DNA of 64,000 bases from Octopus vulgaris (lineage: Eukaryota): assembly GCA_951406725.2 (NCBI GenBank), contig OX597819.1, positions 25,482,001 through 25,546,000 of the forward strand. The letters are read 5' to 3'. Made by a program: the position numbers and the translations under genes. The notes under the pieces were generated by a model that was not told the DNA's origin, made no database searches, and saw only the letters and a program-made list of their open reading frames with translations. Positions 1 through 13,967 of the stretch are shown piece by piece; position 1 is the first letter of the stretch, and each line of letters begins with the position of its first letter.

Positions 1-616
1 GCTTTTAAAACATTGGTAAATATTTTCATTGACTTTGAAAGCAAATCCATGGATTGAAAGTGCACAATTACAATACTGGCAATCCAGAGTTTTGTAGTGT
101 AACAAAAAATCTGGATTGCCTGTTTTGAAATTGTTGGACTCCGATCATAGACTATTATGGTTTACTTAAAACGAACCACTGTGATATTTTTGTTTTCCTG
201 TTTAGCTGTTTTACTTATGTTTATATGTGATAGTGATCAATATTTTTGATTAAGAACGAGCTCTACGCAAATAAATCGCTCTTGAAATACACCATGAGGA
301 TCAAAATTGCGGTAGGGACAATGTAACTACTAACGGAATTCGGCAAAAGTACGCACATTCAAACATATACACACATACGACAGATTCACACACACATTCA
401 TATATACACGTTGGAATATGTTGAATAAATTACAAGAATTACAAACGCCATATAAAAAAAGGGAAACCGTGAACAACCAATGAAAAGCACCTAATGTGCT
501 CAATACACGTTATAGAGGATATTGTCTTTTTTTTATCGAAACTGTTTCACGCACTTGCCACTTTTAGGCGAGAACTGGTAGGACTCGATATTGGTTGTGT
601 ATTTATATCTTTTGTG

Positions 617-660
<44 letters not shown>

Positions 661-1389
661 CTGTGTATATATCTATGTATGTCTATGTGCGTGTGTTTGT
701 TCATTGGCTTGCATTTCGGATTTATTGATTAGGTGATTTACATTGGTTACTCATGGTTTCTTTTTTGATGTGGCGTTTGTATTTCTTGTCATTGTAAGTG
801 GGATGGTTTGTTATTAAACTCCTTAGTGTTTATTTGTGATTATCTATCTACCTATCTATCTATCTGTCTACCTACCAAACTATCTATCTATTTATCTACT
901 TATATATATATAGATATGTATATATATATATATATATGCATAATCATATACATACATACATGCATATATATATATATCTGTATGTATGCTCATGGGGCCA
1001 AATGGGACCATGGATGCACAAAGAATGCATATCTTAAACAGTTGTAAGTTGAAAATACATAAATAAATGTATAAAACCCATTATTTAATGCCTATCTTAT
1101 ATATCACTTTGTAAAAACATACCAAGTTAACTCAGTAATGCAAAAGGTGGCTTTACAAATTTGTCTAGTGATGAACTTCGATTTCAGGTTTGGACTTCGG
1201 AGTTCAATACCAATCACTAAACCTTTTGTTAGCCTGGTGCATTTGTATCACCAGAAAGCTTAAGGAGTATTTTGTTCGGATTACCAATCTCTTATACATA
1301 TATACATACATGCATACATAGTACATACATACATATATATCTATCTATCTATCTATCTATATGTCAATCGATCTATCTATCTATCCATC

Positions 1390-1435
<46 letters not shown>

Positions 1436-4069
1436 TATATTTTAACTATAGATAACCTAGCTATAGTGCATTGATGAGATTATTTTCTCTTGCGCCTAAA
1501 AGCACAGCCTACCCACGAACTAGCAAAACATATCTATACATATGTCTATATGTATTCGATATCATTTATATCGCTCGAGTACTTCGAATTCGTATTTGAA
1601 TATTTCGCTTAGGTGTAGCAATACTAATAACTTGGTATTAGAACTTAGTATACTTCAGAAGTGCAACGTGTAATGAAATTATGCAACGAGAAGTGAACAA
1701 CAAATTATGTCATGAATCCCAGTAATGTCATTGTTAGTTTGATAATATCCACACTTGAAAGGGTTGACTGTAAGTTATTCAGAAATTGCTTATAAGTCTT
1801 GCTCAGCATTTACATCAGCGTTGCTACAACGTAGTCCTTTTCTGATAAGTAGTTACAGAAGCAAGATGCCTCAGAAAAGCTCAAGGACGATCAACAATAT
1901 TCAGAGGGGTAGCAAAACAAAGAAACGAGTTCAAATGACGTGCAAGAGCCGAAGAGAAGTGAAATCGAATGAAAATAAGTGTAAAGACAGTTAAGTCACA
2001 AACACTGTCAAAGCAATAACAACAACGATAGCAGCAATAACAACAACTACAAAAACAAAAGGAAGCAAGAATCCCCATGAAAATGTATTAAAATTGAATT
2101 AAAATATATGAAGCTGACTGAATAAACTCCTTCCAAAATGATTTGAAATGAAGAGAAATGAATGCTGCAGAAAGAAGCTAAAATGAAATGTGATGAACAG
2201 AAGGAGAGGGGAAATATTTAAAAGGAAAGCGTTTAAAAGCGAATGAAAACAAGTGAAGGAGATTTAAAAGGATATTAAACAGGAAAACAACTAAAAAGAA
2301 CAATATGGCGAGAGGGATTTAGAGAAATGAAAAAAGACACTGAAAGAAAGGAAATGTATTGAAGCTGCACAAGAAGACATAAATATGATTGACAATAGGG
2401 ATAATTACTGTAAAGAACTGAAACAACTTAAATGGAAGAGAATAAGGAGAGCGGGAAAATGACAGGAAAATGGTCTTAAAATGGCAGAAAAGACACACAA
2501 CACGAGTGAAAAGTACTGTAGAAAAAATAAACTGGATTTGATAGAAAGAGATTGTCAATTATTGAAAGGTGCTTGAAAATTTGTTTTTAGAGAAACGAAT
2601 ACGTAAACATAAACACACACACACACACAAACATATGTATGTATATATGTATGTATTATGTGTGTATGTATGTATTATGTATGTATGTATGTATGTATCT
2701 ATCTATCTATGAATCTATCTATGTAAATATGCATCTATATATATATATATATATACATGTGTATATATATATATATATATATGTACATATATTTAACTAT
2801 GTAACCTAGCTATAGTGCATATATATTATTTTCTCTTGCGCCTAAAAGCACATACCCACGAACTAGCAAAACATATCTATACATATGTCTATATGTATCG
2901 ATATCATTTATATCGCTCGAGTACTTCGAATTCGTATTTGAATATTTCGCTTAGGTGTAGCAATACTAATAACTTGGTATTAGAACTTAGTATACTTCAG
3001 AAGTGCAACGTGTAATGAAATTATGCAACGAGAAGTGAACAACAAATTATGTCATGAATCCCAGTAATGTCATTGTTAGTTTGATAATATCCACACTTGA
3101 AAGGGTTGACTGTAAGTTATTCAGAAATTGCTTATAAGTCTTGCTCAGCATTTACATCAGCGTTGCTACAACGTAGTCCTTTTCTGATAAGTAGTTACAG
3201 AAGCAAGATGCCTCAGAAAAGCTCAAGGACGATCAACAATATTCAGAGGGGTAGCAAAACAAAGAAACGAGTTCAAATGACGTGCAAGAGCCGAAGAGAA
3301 GTGAAATCGAATGAAAATAAGTGTAAAGACAGTTAAGTCACAAACACTGTCAAAGCAATAACAACAACGATAGCAGCAATAACAACAACTACAAAAACAA
3401 AAGGAAGCAAGAATCCCCATGAAAATGTATTAAAATTGAATTAAAATATATGAAGCTGACTGAATAAACTCCTTCCAAAATGATTTGAAATGAAGAGAAA
3501 TGAATGCTGCAGAAAGAAGCTAAAATGAAATGTGATGAACAGAAGGAGAGGGGAAATATTTAAAAGGAAAGCGTTTAAAAGCGAATGAAAACAAGTGAAG
3601 GAGATTTAAAAGGATATTAAACAGGAAAACAACTAAAAAGAACAATATGGCGAGAGGGATTTAGAGAAATGAAAAAAGACACTGAAAGAAAGGAAATGTA
3701 TTGAAGCTGCACAAGAAGACATAAATATGATTGACAATAGGGATAATTACTGTAAAGAACTGAAACAACTTAAATGGAAGAGAATAAGGAGAGCGGGAAA
3801 ATGACAGGAAAATGGTCTTAAAATGGCAGAAAAGACACACAACACGAGTGAAAAGTACTGTAGAAAAAATAAACTGGATTTGATAGAAAGAGATTGTCAA
3901 TTATTGAAAGGTGCTTGAAAATTTGTTTTTAGAGAAACGAATACGTAAACATAAACACACACACACACACAAACATATGTATGTATATATGTATGTATTA
4001 TGTGTGTATGTATGTATTATGTATGTATGTATGTATGTATCTATCTATCTATGAATCTATCTATGTAAA

Positions 4070-4400
<331 letters not shown>

Positions 4401-5102
4401 TAAATATTCATAAAACCAGAAATAAAGACTGAGGAAAGTAGGCAGTACGTTACAAAAAATCCCAAAACAAACGGAAGATGACAAAAATGAACGCACACAT
4501 GCACAGAATCATCTGACCGCGTGAGCGCACACATGAGCCACATCACACAGACCGCATACACACTTACACCCACTGAATTTCTGCTTCTGATAAAAGAATG
4601 AAGATCCTTGTATTTTGAAATTTCAGAAATACAACGTACGATTTTTTTATATTTATCGCGTTAAATGATGTATCAAGCTAGAATTTTGATGATGATAATA
4701 CAACTTTCACATTCTTACAAAGAAACAAAACTAAAAGCAAACATCTTTAAAGCTTATTTTCTTGAGAAATCTTGACAAAGTGATATAAATAGAGAAAAAT
4801 TTTACAATTAAAATGGATTTAGTTTTTTTTTATTTATTGGTTTACTTTAATTAAAAATTAATATAATTAGTAACACGTATAATTTATTTTGCAAACGTAA
4901 AATGCACGTTATTTAATTAAATAACACAGATTTTGTAAATGGAATTGTGCATCGCAACATCTAATGAAAAGACATTTAAAGTTGTGATAAATCAAACCGC
5001 AAACAGTTTATGAGATAGCGTTGTGATTAGGTAAACCTAACTTAGTGCATGAATACTACTAACAAAGGGAAAGCCAGCCTTTGCTCGCCAGCTCATAAGA
5101 GC

Positions 5103-5262
5103 TTACTTCCGAGTTCTAATTCTTGCGAGGTTGACTTTATCTTCCATTCTTTCAGGGTCGATTAAATTACCAGTTGAATACTGGGATCGATGTAATCGAC
5201 TAACCTCGCACCTTTGCCCTACTAATGAAATTGCTGGTCTTGCGCCAATGTATGAAATCAAT
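5103..5262 (+). mobile_element. Decayed SINE family A (older subfamily with a different 3' tail)
   Basis: GAGTTCTAATTC...GGTCGAT...GATGTAATCGACT core. Related decayed copies at ~5805-6420(-), 9960-10140(-), 11060-11230(-), 19445-19632(-), 20440-20577(-), 33270-33425(+). Confidence 0.65.
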
Positions 5263-5880
5263 ATGTAACATGCTTTTGCTAATGGTTTTATGGGGCCTAA
5301 GTAATTGTGAATAGACATAAATACCGTGTTTTTCGGTATCTATTTTACTCTACCGCCTTAAAAATAAACGAATATATTGAAGATTCATAAATATAATATA
5401 GCAGAAAAGATGGTTACAACTTGAGTGCTGGTTTTGCCACGTGATTTCAACACAATGTAAAACGTGTTATAAAACTATGAACTGCGCCTAATTGTTCGAC
5501 CGACTACCGACAGATTACAGGTTTGCTAGAAAAGACCTAGCCTGTGGTTACAAGAAAACATCATCGTGTATATAGGTTGGCAAAATCTTTCTTTACAACC
5601 CTGGGATATTAACGATGTATAAATATATTTGTTTTGTGTATGCACATTTGCGTCCTCACAAGTATAAATCACAAAATACTTTGCATTGTAGCAGGACAAA
5701 AGTTAAACAATATCAGCATATTTAGTTCTGATACTGCAACACCTCTGCTTCACTATCTTCTTAAAATAAAGGAAGGCAATAGAAACAGATGATTATTAAT
5801 ATGAATTTCAAACTTTTTCACAAGGCCAGCAATTTCGGAGCAGGGTTGAGCCATTTATATAGATCTCCAGGGTTCAACTA

Positions 5881-6353
5881 AAACTCCTTCCAAAATGATT
5901 TGAAATGAAGAGAAAACACTGCCAAAGCAATAACAACAACGATAGCAGCAATAACAACAACTACAAAAACAAAAGGAAACAAGAATCCTCATGAAAATGT
6001 ATTAAAATTGAATTAGAATATATGAAGCTGACTGAATAAACTCCTTCCAAAATGATTTGAAATGAAGAGAAATGAATGCTGCAGAAAGAAGCTAAAATGA
6101 AATGTGATGAACAGAAGGAGAGGGGAAATATTTAAAAGGAAAGCGTTTAAAAGCGAATGAAAACAAGTGGAGGAGATTTAAAAGGATATTAAACAGGAAA
6201 ACAACTAAAAAGAACAATATGGCGAGAGGGATTTAGAGAAATGAAAAAAGACACTGAAGGAAAGGAAATGTATTGAAGCTGCACAAGAAGACATAAATAT
6301 GATTGACAATAGGGATAATTGCTATAAAGAACTGAAACAGCTTAAATGGAAGA
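5881..6353 (+). repeat. Third, diverged partial copy of the duplicated unit, inside a decayed SINE
   Basis: 5881-5915 matches 2124-2158; the remainder matches ~2000-2439 with scattered substitutions. Confidence 0.9.
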
Positions 6354-7496
6354 AAATTTTACAGACCTCAAAATGATGAAAGGCATGGTCGACCTCAGCA
6401 GAATTTGGACTCAGAACACGAAAACTAAAAGGTTACTTTCTTTTCAGGAATCAGAAAAAAATGAAAATATAGTCTTCAGCTCGTTTCGAACATGGATGTT
6501 ATAATGAACCAACTCTTTATTATGTATAAGATTGTTGTCACCACCCGAGCGTTTCGAAGTAAGACCACATTAAAACAACATCACTTACGAAGTCATTAAT
6601 GGAATTCCACGAACTGAAAAACTGAATATAAACAGAGACGAACTGAATATAAACAGAGAAGTACTTAGATTGTAAAGAAACTGCCCGAGCAATGCTCTAA
6701 TGCAATGTCAACCCGTGTCTTTGGTAACGCAAGACCATTAGAATAATTTAACTATAACGAAGGTAACTGCCTCACCCAAATACTCCATGAGAATAATTAT
6801 ATAATCTGCTTGACAGAGTTTAATACTGAAAACGAAATGCCTTCCTGTAACACTAAGAAAGCAGTAATCTATAACAGAAGAAAAGAAAATCTATAACAGA
6901 AGAAAATACGACGCAGGATGCTGTTAACTGTCATCAAGTAGTTTCAACAAAGAATGGAAATCGATTTGCTTTCTCGGTTCGACGTAGATTTATTACTGCA
7001 CCTTGAAAATGGGAGATCAGTTTAGAATACATCAAATTTATTTTCATCGCTTAAAATACTAATTATTATCTGGAAGTAGATAAAGTCCTTGAGACACTGA
7101 AGTTGATATCCTTTTATTCATGATAATTTATTGAAATCGGACGGATGACAGCTAGAGGCAATAAGCAACTCTGACGAAATTTAAGCTATGTTCGTTGTAA
7201 GCTAAGATTACATAACATAGGTCGTTTAGTTCCGCGCATTTCATTTCTATCAGCTCGTCAACTGTTAGAATATATAGAATATGAGTATCCACTTAATTAG
7301 GCATAAGAGACTCTATATTCAAGGTCAATAATTCAAGGAGACAAAGTCGCTCTTTTCCCAAGTGTTTTAACAGCATAAATGAACTTGTCATTGAACAGAA
7401 ATTGAGGTTTTGTTGTAGTTTCGACTTTCCTGAAGTTTAACAGCTGTACACTGAACGTTATCAATTACATATGTAATATTACGTAAGTTACTTCTG

Positions 7497-7635
7497 ACGT
7501 GGCCATGTGGTTAGGTTGCAGTACACATTGTTGGAAGATCATGGTTTCGAATACCGGACCGGGCGGCACGTTTTGTTATGGAATAATGCACTTCATTTCA
7601 CTTTGCTCTAGGTCATTCAGCTGTAAATGAATTCC
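7497..7635 (+). mobile_element. Decayed tRNA-derived SINE family I
   Basis: A/B-box-like head, then CACTTCATTTCAC...CAGCTGTAAATGA domain shared with 32716-33002 and 60860-61000. Confidence 0.55.
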
Positions 7636-8486
7636 AGTAATAGCTGGGAAGTTAATCCTGCGATGAACCGGCGTCCTGGTCAGTGTGTTGTAATACCAGT
7701 GGCTTATACGCCACGTAATTTGGGTTCATTCGCGGTGTTGACTCACTGTCGTGAGTATTAGGGATCACCAAGAATAAAATTCTTAAGTGCAATAACAAAA
7801 TTCGCAAAAAGCTTTATGATATTCAAAAAGGTTCTTCAAATTTATTAACGTTAGGCGAAATTATTGACTGATAGTTGGGGAAACAATAACTGAATCTTTG
7901 ACTGATTCGTCGCAAAAATCATACTTACGTTGTATGCCACAGACTTTTGAAATACTTATTATTTTTATTTGGTTCATAGGCGTAAATACATAAATTTATA
8001 GAGAACAAAATGAGATTATGTGATTGTTCGGTTGTATTAAATAATATTTTAAGAGTTTCTCAAAGAACAAACGGTAATGTTCGTGGCCATTTCCTCAGAA
8101 CATCTGAAACCAGAGAAATAAATGAAGGCAATTATACTCCGATCTGAGATTTGGTCCCTATGGTTGCAATAGAATGTCCACCGCATCTAGAGTTATATTG
8201 GTGGTGTTAACTCAGAACGCACAAGGCTTTGGTCAACTCAAGGCGTTAGACGTTACTTATACAAAGTGCCCTGCAATGGGATAGAACCTAAACTACATAG
8301 AGCAGATGTGTATGAACTAATAACATAATACTGTAACCATGACTTCCCGTTGATTACCAACTCAGGAACATTTTCTAAAAGTTAACAGCAACAATAACAA
8401 CAACCATAAGCAACAGCACAGCAAGAAAGTCAAAACAGAAAAGCGAATATTAGAAACGATGTCTCAGAGTGTGAAATTCTGTTTCG

Positions 8487-8512
8487 TACATACATATATA
8501 CATACATATATG

Positions 8513-8582
<70 letters not shown>

Positions 8583-8840
8583 TATATATATATGTATATA
8601 TATATCTGTATATATATAGCATATATATATAGTATATATATGTATGTGTATATATATATATATATATATATACATATATTTATATAATATATATATATAT
8701 ATATATACATATATTTATATAGTATATATATATATATATGTATGTATGTATATATATAGCATATATATATAGTATATATATGTATGCATATATATATGTG
8801 CATATATATATATACATATATTCATATAGTATATATACAT

Positions 8841-8902
<62 letters not shown>

Positions 8903-8965
8903 GTGTGTGTATTTGTAAACACATAGATATATATAGCATACATATGTTTCACATATATATGTATA
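8487..8965. repeat. Compound (TA)n/(CA)n microsatellite
   Basis: Direct inspection. Confidence 0.95.
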
Positions 8966-9496
8966 TGCGTTTGATAAATAAACTTTCTGATAACTGAATA
9001 AAACTTCTTTCACTTTTATCGAATAAAATATTAAAACCAATTTGTTTTGATCTAAATCGAGAAACTTGGAAATATGTTTGGGCATTTCAGAAGCCGAACA
9101 TTTAACATTTCAATTTAATTCTATATAGTATTATTAAGGGAAATTAAACAGTACAAGTGTTGTTTAAGAGACCTTATAAAAGAATATGGTCAAAGTTGAA
9201 GAAAGTAAAATAAAATATTGTACATAAAACATTATATACTTAAAATAGAAATAAAATAAAAACGAGATAAATACTAAAAGTGATGGTGCTAGTGAAGATA
9301 ACGATTACGATGATGAATATGTACAACATTAGTGTAAAAAAAGACAAAACATATTTTATGGTATTTGATGACGTTCCTTTATACTTCGTATTGATATTTG
9401 CTTAGGTTCATCTTTAGCATCGATTAAGAAATATTAATATTATCAGAGTTTACTCTTTAGTATCGAACAAGAAAATAGCAAAATATATCAAGTCTT

Positions 9497-9728
9497 AAGG
9501 TGGCGAGCTGGCGGAAACGTTAGCACGCCGGGCGAAATGCGTAGCCGTATTTCGTCTGTCGTTACGTTGTGAGTTCAAATTCCGCCGAGGTCGACTTTGC
9601 CTTTCATCCTTTCGGGGTCGATAAGTTAAGTACCAGTTACACACTGGGGTCGATGTAATCGACTTAATCTCTTTGTCTGTCCTTGTTTGTCACCTCTATG
9701 TTTAGCCCCTTGTGGGCAATAAAGAAAT
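9497..9728 (+). mobile_element. tRNA-derived SINE family A, full length
   Basis: A-box-like TGGCGGAAACGTTAG and B-box GAGTTCAAATTCC. Central GCCTTTCATCCTTTCGGGGTCGATAA domain (resembles Meta-type SINE domains, from recall). TSD ATATATCAAGTCT at 9483-9495 and 9729-9741. Confidence 0.92.
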
Positions 9729-10149
9729 ATATATCAAGTCTGATACCTCACAGGGATGAAAATTCGTAAACAATATTAATAATTTCTTTAATTGGCACAA
9801 AACAATAACTCTTTTGTTTGGGTAATGATGGCGGTGAGAACAGTTGATTATACTGATCACACAACTTGACTGGTACTTATATTTATAGGGGATGAATAAA
9901 AAGCAAATGCCACAAATTATTTTGCCCAGCTCAAAATATTCTGCAAATCCATAATAATTGTTTTGAATTTCGTCACAAGTTCAGTAATTTTTAGACAGAA
10001 GGGAGCTTGCTGAATATATCGACCCCATTAATTGACTGGCACTATATTTTATCGATTCTGAAAGGATTAAAGGCAAAGTTGAAACGGCGGAATAAGAACT
10101 CAGAACGTAATGATTCGGAAGAATAACTGCAAAACATGCCGGTGTTTTG

Positions 10150-10213
<64 letters not shown>

Positions 10214-10247
10214 CACCACCACCACCACCACCACCACTACCACCACC

Positions 10248-10310
<63 letters not shown>

Positions 10311-10365
10311 GATGATGATGATGATTATAATAATAATAATAATAACAATAATAATAATAATAATT
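10150..10365. repeat. Compound (CTA)n(CCA)n(GAT)n(AAT)n microsatellite
   Basis: Direct inspection. Confidence 0.95.
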
Positions 10366-10881
10366 ACCACACTGGCTCTCATGTCTTCTAATATTAACTG
10401 ATTGGAAATGTACATTGTTTTGTATTGGTATAAAAGATGGGCTACAGCAAATATTCTGCTCAATACCACAGATTTGCTTGTCAGTTGTTTGACCTTAACC
10501 AGTTGAGCATGTCCCTTAGTGGCTGACGATATGTGCATCCCTGATCACGAGCAGAAGTAGTGGGGGAGTATCATAGCCGTGTGTTGAAAGGAATTCTTAC
10601 CGGTTTGGATAATTCACATTTGGAAACATGGGTGGTTTGTTCAACATCCTTAAACAATCGTTATTCAGGGACCTTTTGAGCGGGATGGGTTACTCGACCA
10701 GAAGAAAATTCTAACTGGGCACCACCTGCAAGGTCATGCGCTGTTTATCTTTATATGAGATCACCATGTCACGCACATATGGTTGTGATGCGTGTACCTA
10801 GTGGGTAGTCATGATGGATATCCTGGGCTTCGTATATTTTACCTCAGTGAAACTTTGATGGCATGCACTGCTCTCTCACTC
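10365..10881 (+). mobile_element. Non-coding ~520-bp element (family D) embedded in (AAT)n
   Basis: Highly similar end-to-end to 61801-62343. Both end CTGCTCTCTCA(C/G)TC followed by (AAT)n and are preceded by (AAT)n. Confidence 0.88.
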
Positions 10882-10979
<98 letters not shown>

Positions 10980-10984
10980 TGATG

Positions 10985-11055
<71 letters not shown>

Positions 11056-11240
11056 CCTTTCTTCAATAGACAGAAAGCCTGACAGTTTGGAAGAGGTGGG
11101 ACTAATCGATCACGTCAGCTCCAGTGTTAACTTGGTACCTATATTGTCGCCCTCGAAAACTGGATCACACGGTGCATAAAACTCAGAAGAAATGACGCAG
11201 AGCATTTATTCAAACGCCCTTACAATTCTCGTAATAATAA

Positions 11241-11454
11241 TACTCTCTTTTTACTCTTGTTTCAGTCATTTGACTATGGCCAAGCTGGAGCACCGCCTTT
11301 AGTCGAGCAAATCGACCCCGGGACTTACTTTTTGTAAGCCTAGTACTTATTCTATCGGTTTATTTTTCCGAACCGCTAAGTTACGGAGACGTAAACACAC
11401 CAGCATCGGTTGTCAAGTGATGTTGGGGGGACAAACACAGACACACAAACATAT

Positions 11455-11485
<31 letters not shown>

Positions 11486-11658
11486 CATATATACGACGGG
11501 CTTCTTTCAGTTTCCGTCTACCAAATCCACTTACAAGGCTTTGGTCGGCCCGAGGTTATAGTAGATGACACTTGCCCAAGTTACCACGCAGTGGGACTGA
11601 ACCCTGAACCATGTGGTTGGTAAGCAAGCAACTTACCACACAGCCACTCCTACGCCTA
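11241..11658 (-). mobile_element. tRNA-derived SINE family B with internal (TA)/(TG) microsatellite
   Basis: Head GGCGTAGGAGTGGCTGTGTGG...GGTTCAGTCCC, CORE-like CTTGGGCAAGTG, tail GACTGAAACAAG...AAAAGAG. Confidence 0.9.
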
Positions 11659-11690
11659 TGATGATGATAATTATAATAATGATAATAATA

Positions 11691-11767
<77 letters not shown>

Positions 11768-12278
11768 CTCTTAGCATTATGCAACGAGCAAAATATTATA
11801 AATTACTCTCCGTAGGCCTATCAAGTTCTTGTAATGAAAAATGGAAATCGAATTGCAAACGGTTACACAACACAAACAATAAATAAACAAACCAAAATAC
11901 CAAATATGGCAAGAAATACAAAACAAAACCTGAAATGACAGAGAGTTATGAGGTGAAAGGTGGAACAGCATGAGAAATTGTGAAAATAATGTAAAAGAAA
12001 AACTATGATAAAATTGAAGTACAGATTACTAACTGAAATATCAATTCCCAATAGACGATGAAGCTTCTGTAAAAGAAATGGAGGGAGAAATATATGAATT
12101 TGGAAAAAAGATGTAGCAATTGAGATAATCTCATGTGGGACTGAAAATCAAGAAAGCCTACGTAAAGGACTTGTGAATTATTAAAGAAACATCTAAAACC
12201 CTACGTAACGAAAAGATTCAGAATTTGCAAATAAACGCAATATACATGATCTACATGGCCTATATGATCTACATAGTT

Positions 12279-12495
12279 AGGCGACGAGTTGGCAGAAACG
12301 TTAGCACACCGGGCGAAATGCGTTACTTTACGTTCTCAGTTCAAATTCCGCCGAGGTCGACTTTGCCTTTCATCCTTTCGGGGTCGATAAATTAAGTACC
12401 AGTTACGCCCTGGGGTCGATGTAATCGACTTAATCCGTCTGTCTGTCCTTGTTTGTGTCCTCTGTGTTTAGCCCCTTGTGGGTAGTAAAGAAATA
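12279..12495 (+). mobile_element. SINE family A
   Basis: Matches family A. 18-bp TSD TATATGATCTACATAGTT at 12261-12278 and 12496-12513. Confidence 0.92.
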
Positions 12496-12559
12496 TATAT
12501 GATCTACATAGTTTTTTGCTCACATATTAGATAGAGTATTGTGAAAATATCAGTATGAT

Positions 12560-13280
12560 TTTATCTTTTAGTTGTTACAGTCATTAGACTGCAGCCATGC
12601 TCGGGCATCGCCTTGAAAAAAGTCGAAAGAATCCACCCCAGGACTTATTTTCTATTTTAAACCTGGTACGTATTCTAGCGATCTCATTTGCAGGATTGCT
12701 AGTTTACTGGAACTTAAATACACAAATACCTATTTCTTTATTGTCCACAAGGGGCTAAACACAGAGAGGACAAACAATGACAGACAACTGGATTAAGTCG
12801 ATTATATCGACCCCAGTGCGTAACTGGTACTTATTTAATCGACTCTGAAAGGATGAAAGGCAAAGTCGGCCTCGGCGGAATTTGAACTCAGAACGTAGCG
12901 GCAGACGAAATACTGCTAAGCATTTCGCCCGGCGTGCTAACGTTTCTGTCAGCTCGCCGCCTTCTAAAAACACAAATACCGGTTGCCAAGCGGTATTGAG
13001 AAGCAAACACAGGCACGGACACACACACACACAAAACACACACACACACCAAACAAACACACACACAAACACACACCAAACACACACACACAAACGCATG
13101 TACTCTCACACACATACACACACAAGACGGGTTTCTATCAGTTTCCATCTACCATCTCCACTCATAAGTCTTTTGGTCGGACCGTGGCTATTAGTAGAAG
13201 ACAGTAATTTCAGGTGCCATGCAATGGACTGAACTCAGAACCATTTGGTTGGGAATCAAACTTCTTACTATGCAGCCATG
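12560..13280 (-). mobile_element. Old SINE family B copy interrupted by a SINE A
   Basis: Degenerate B halves on both sides of 12731-12963. Confidence 0.75.
12731..12963 (-). mobile_element. SINE family A nested in SINE B
   Basis: Matches family A. TSD ACACAAATACC at 12720-12730 and 12970-12980. Confidence 0.92.
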
Positions 13281-13318
13281 TATGGTAATTACAAAATATA
13301 ACTAAATCCACTACACCG

Positions 13319-13655
13319 CTGAAGGTGCATAACTCAGAGGTCAAGGAATTTCTCCAGGTCGAGCCGCTACCGCTACTTCTCAGTATTGAAAAGTCACAGC
13401 TCTGGTACTACAACCATGAGATTAGAACGTCGCAAGACGGATCCGTGAAGCCGACTCAATCGGCTGCAGACCTAGGGATAGACCAAAAATGAGATGATTG
13501 GATAATATCTTTAATCTAAACTTGACATGATTGAGAAGTCATCTGCAAGCACAGTGAAGTTTGTTTTGGATATGACCCTGTGAAGGAGAAGCCTGACGGC
13601 TCTACCCTCCTGTTGTTTCTATGAATAGTGAACAGAGAAGATAGATGGGTGGATG
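13319..13655 (+). mobile_element. Decayed RTE-clade (Expander/Rex3-like) LINE 3' end
   Basis: Translates LKVHNSEVKEFLQVEPLPLLLSIEKSQLWYYNHEIR, then after a frameshift RPRDRPKMR*LDNI. Matches the RTE C-terminal pattern VEPLLL.IERSQLRW.GH.IR...RPRGRP..RW.D. Ends in a GATG-like tail. Confidence 0.75.
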
Positions 13656-13785
13656 AAAGCACAACATATGCTTAAGGCGTACAAAACTGTGATCGATAAT
13701 GCAGTGAATGTACGCACTAATTCAGACAAACGAGAGTAGAAAAAAAACGCAATACAACTTATGTTTAACGCAAACACTTGTGTCG

Positions 13786-13967
13786 AAGGATTGCTCTACT
13801 CTGTCTCCGAATGCAGGGGTCGATGTCTCGTTCGGTGGGAAAACAAAGGATTGCTCTACTCTGTCTCCGAATGCAGGGGTCGATGTCTCGTTCGGTGGGA
13901 AAACAAAGGATTGCTCTACTCTGTCTCCGAATGCAGGGGTCGATGTCTCGTTCGGTGGGAAAACAAA
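13786..13967. repeat. Perfect 60-bp tandem repeat x3
   Basis: AAGGATTGCTCTACTCTGTCTCCGAATGCAGGGGTCGATGTCTCGTTCGGTGGGAAAACA starting at 13786, 13846 and 13906. Confidence 0.97.

Noticed and set aside
1755-2558. Duplicated short ORFs as genes
   Set aside because: Short, no recognisable domain or splice structure; identity reflects the DNA duplication.
13786-13967. CRISPR-like array
   Set aside because: Contiguous identical units with no spacers; eukaryotic context; no cas genes.
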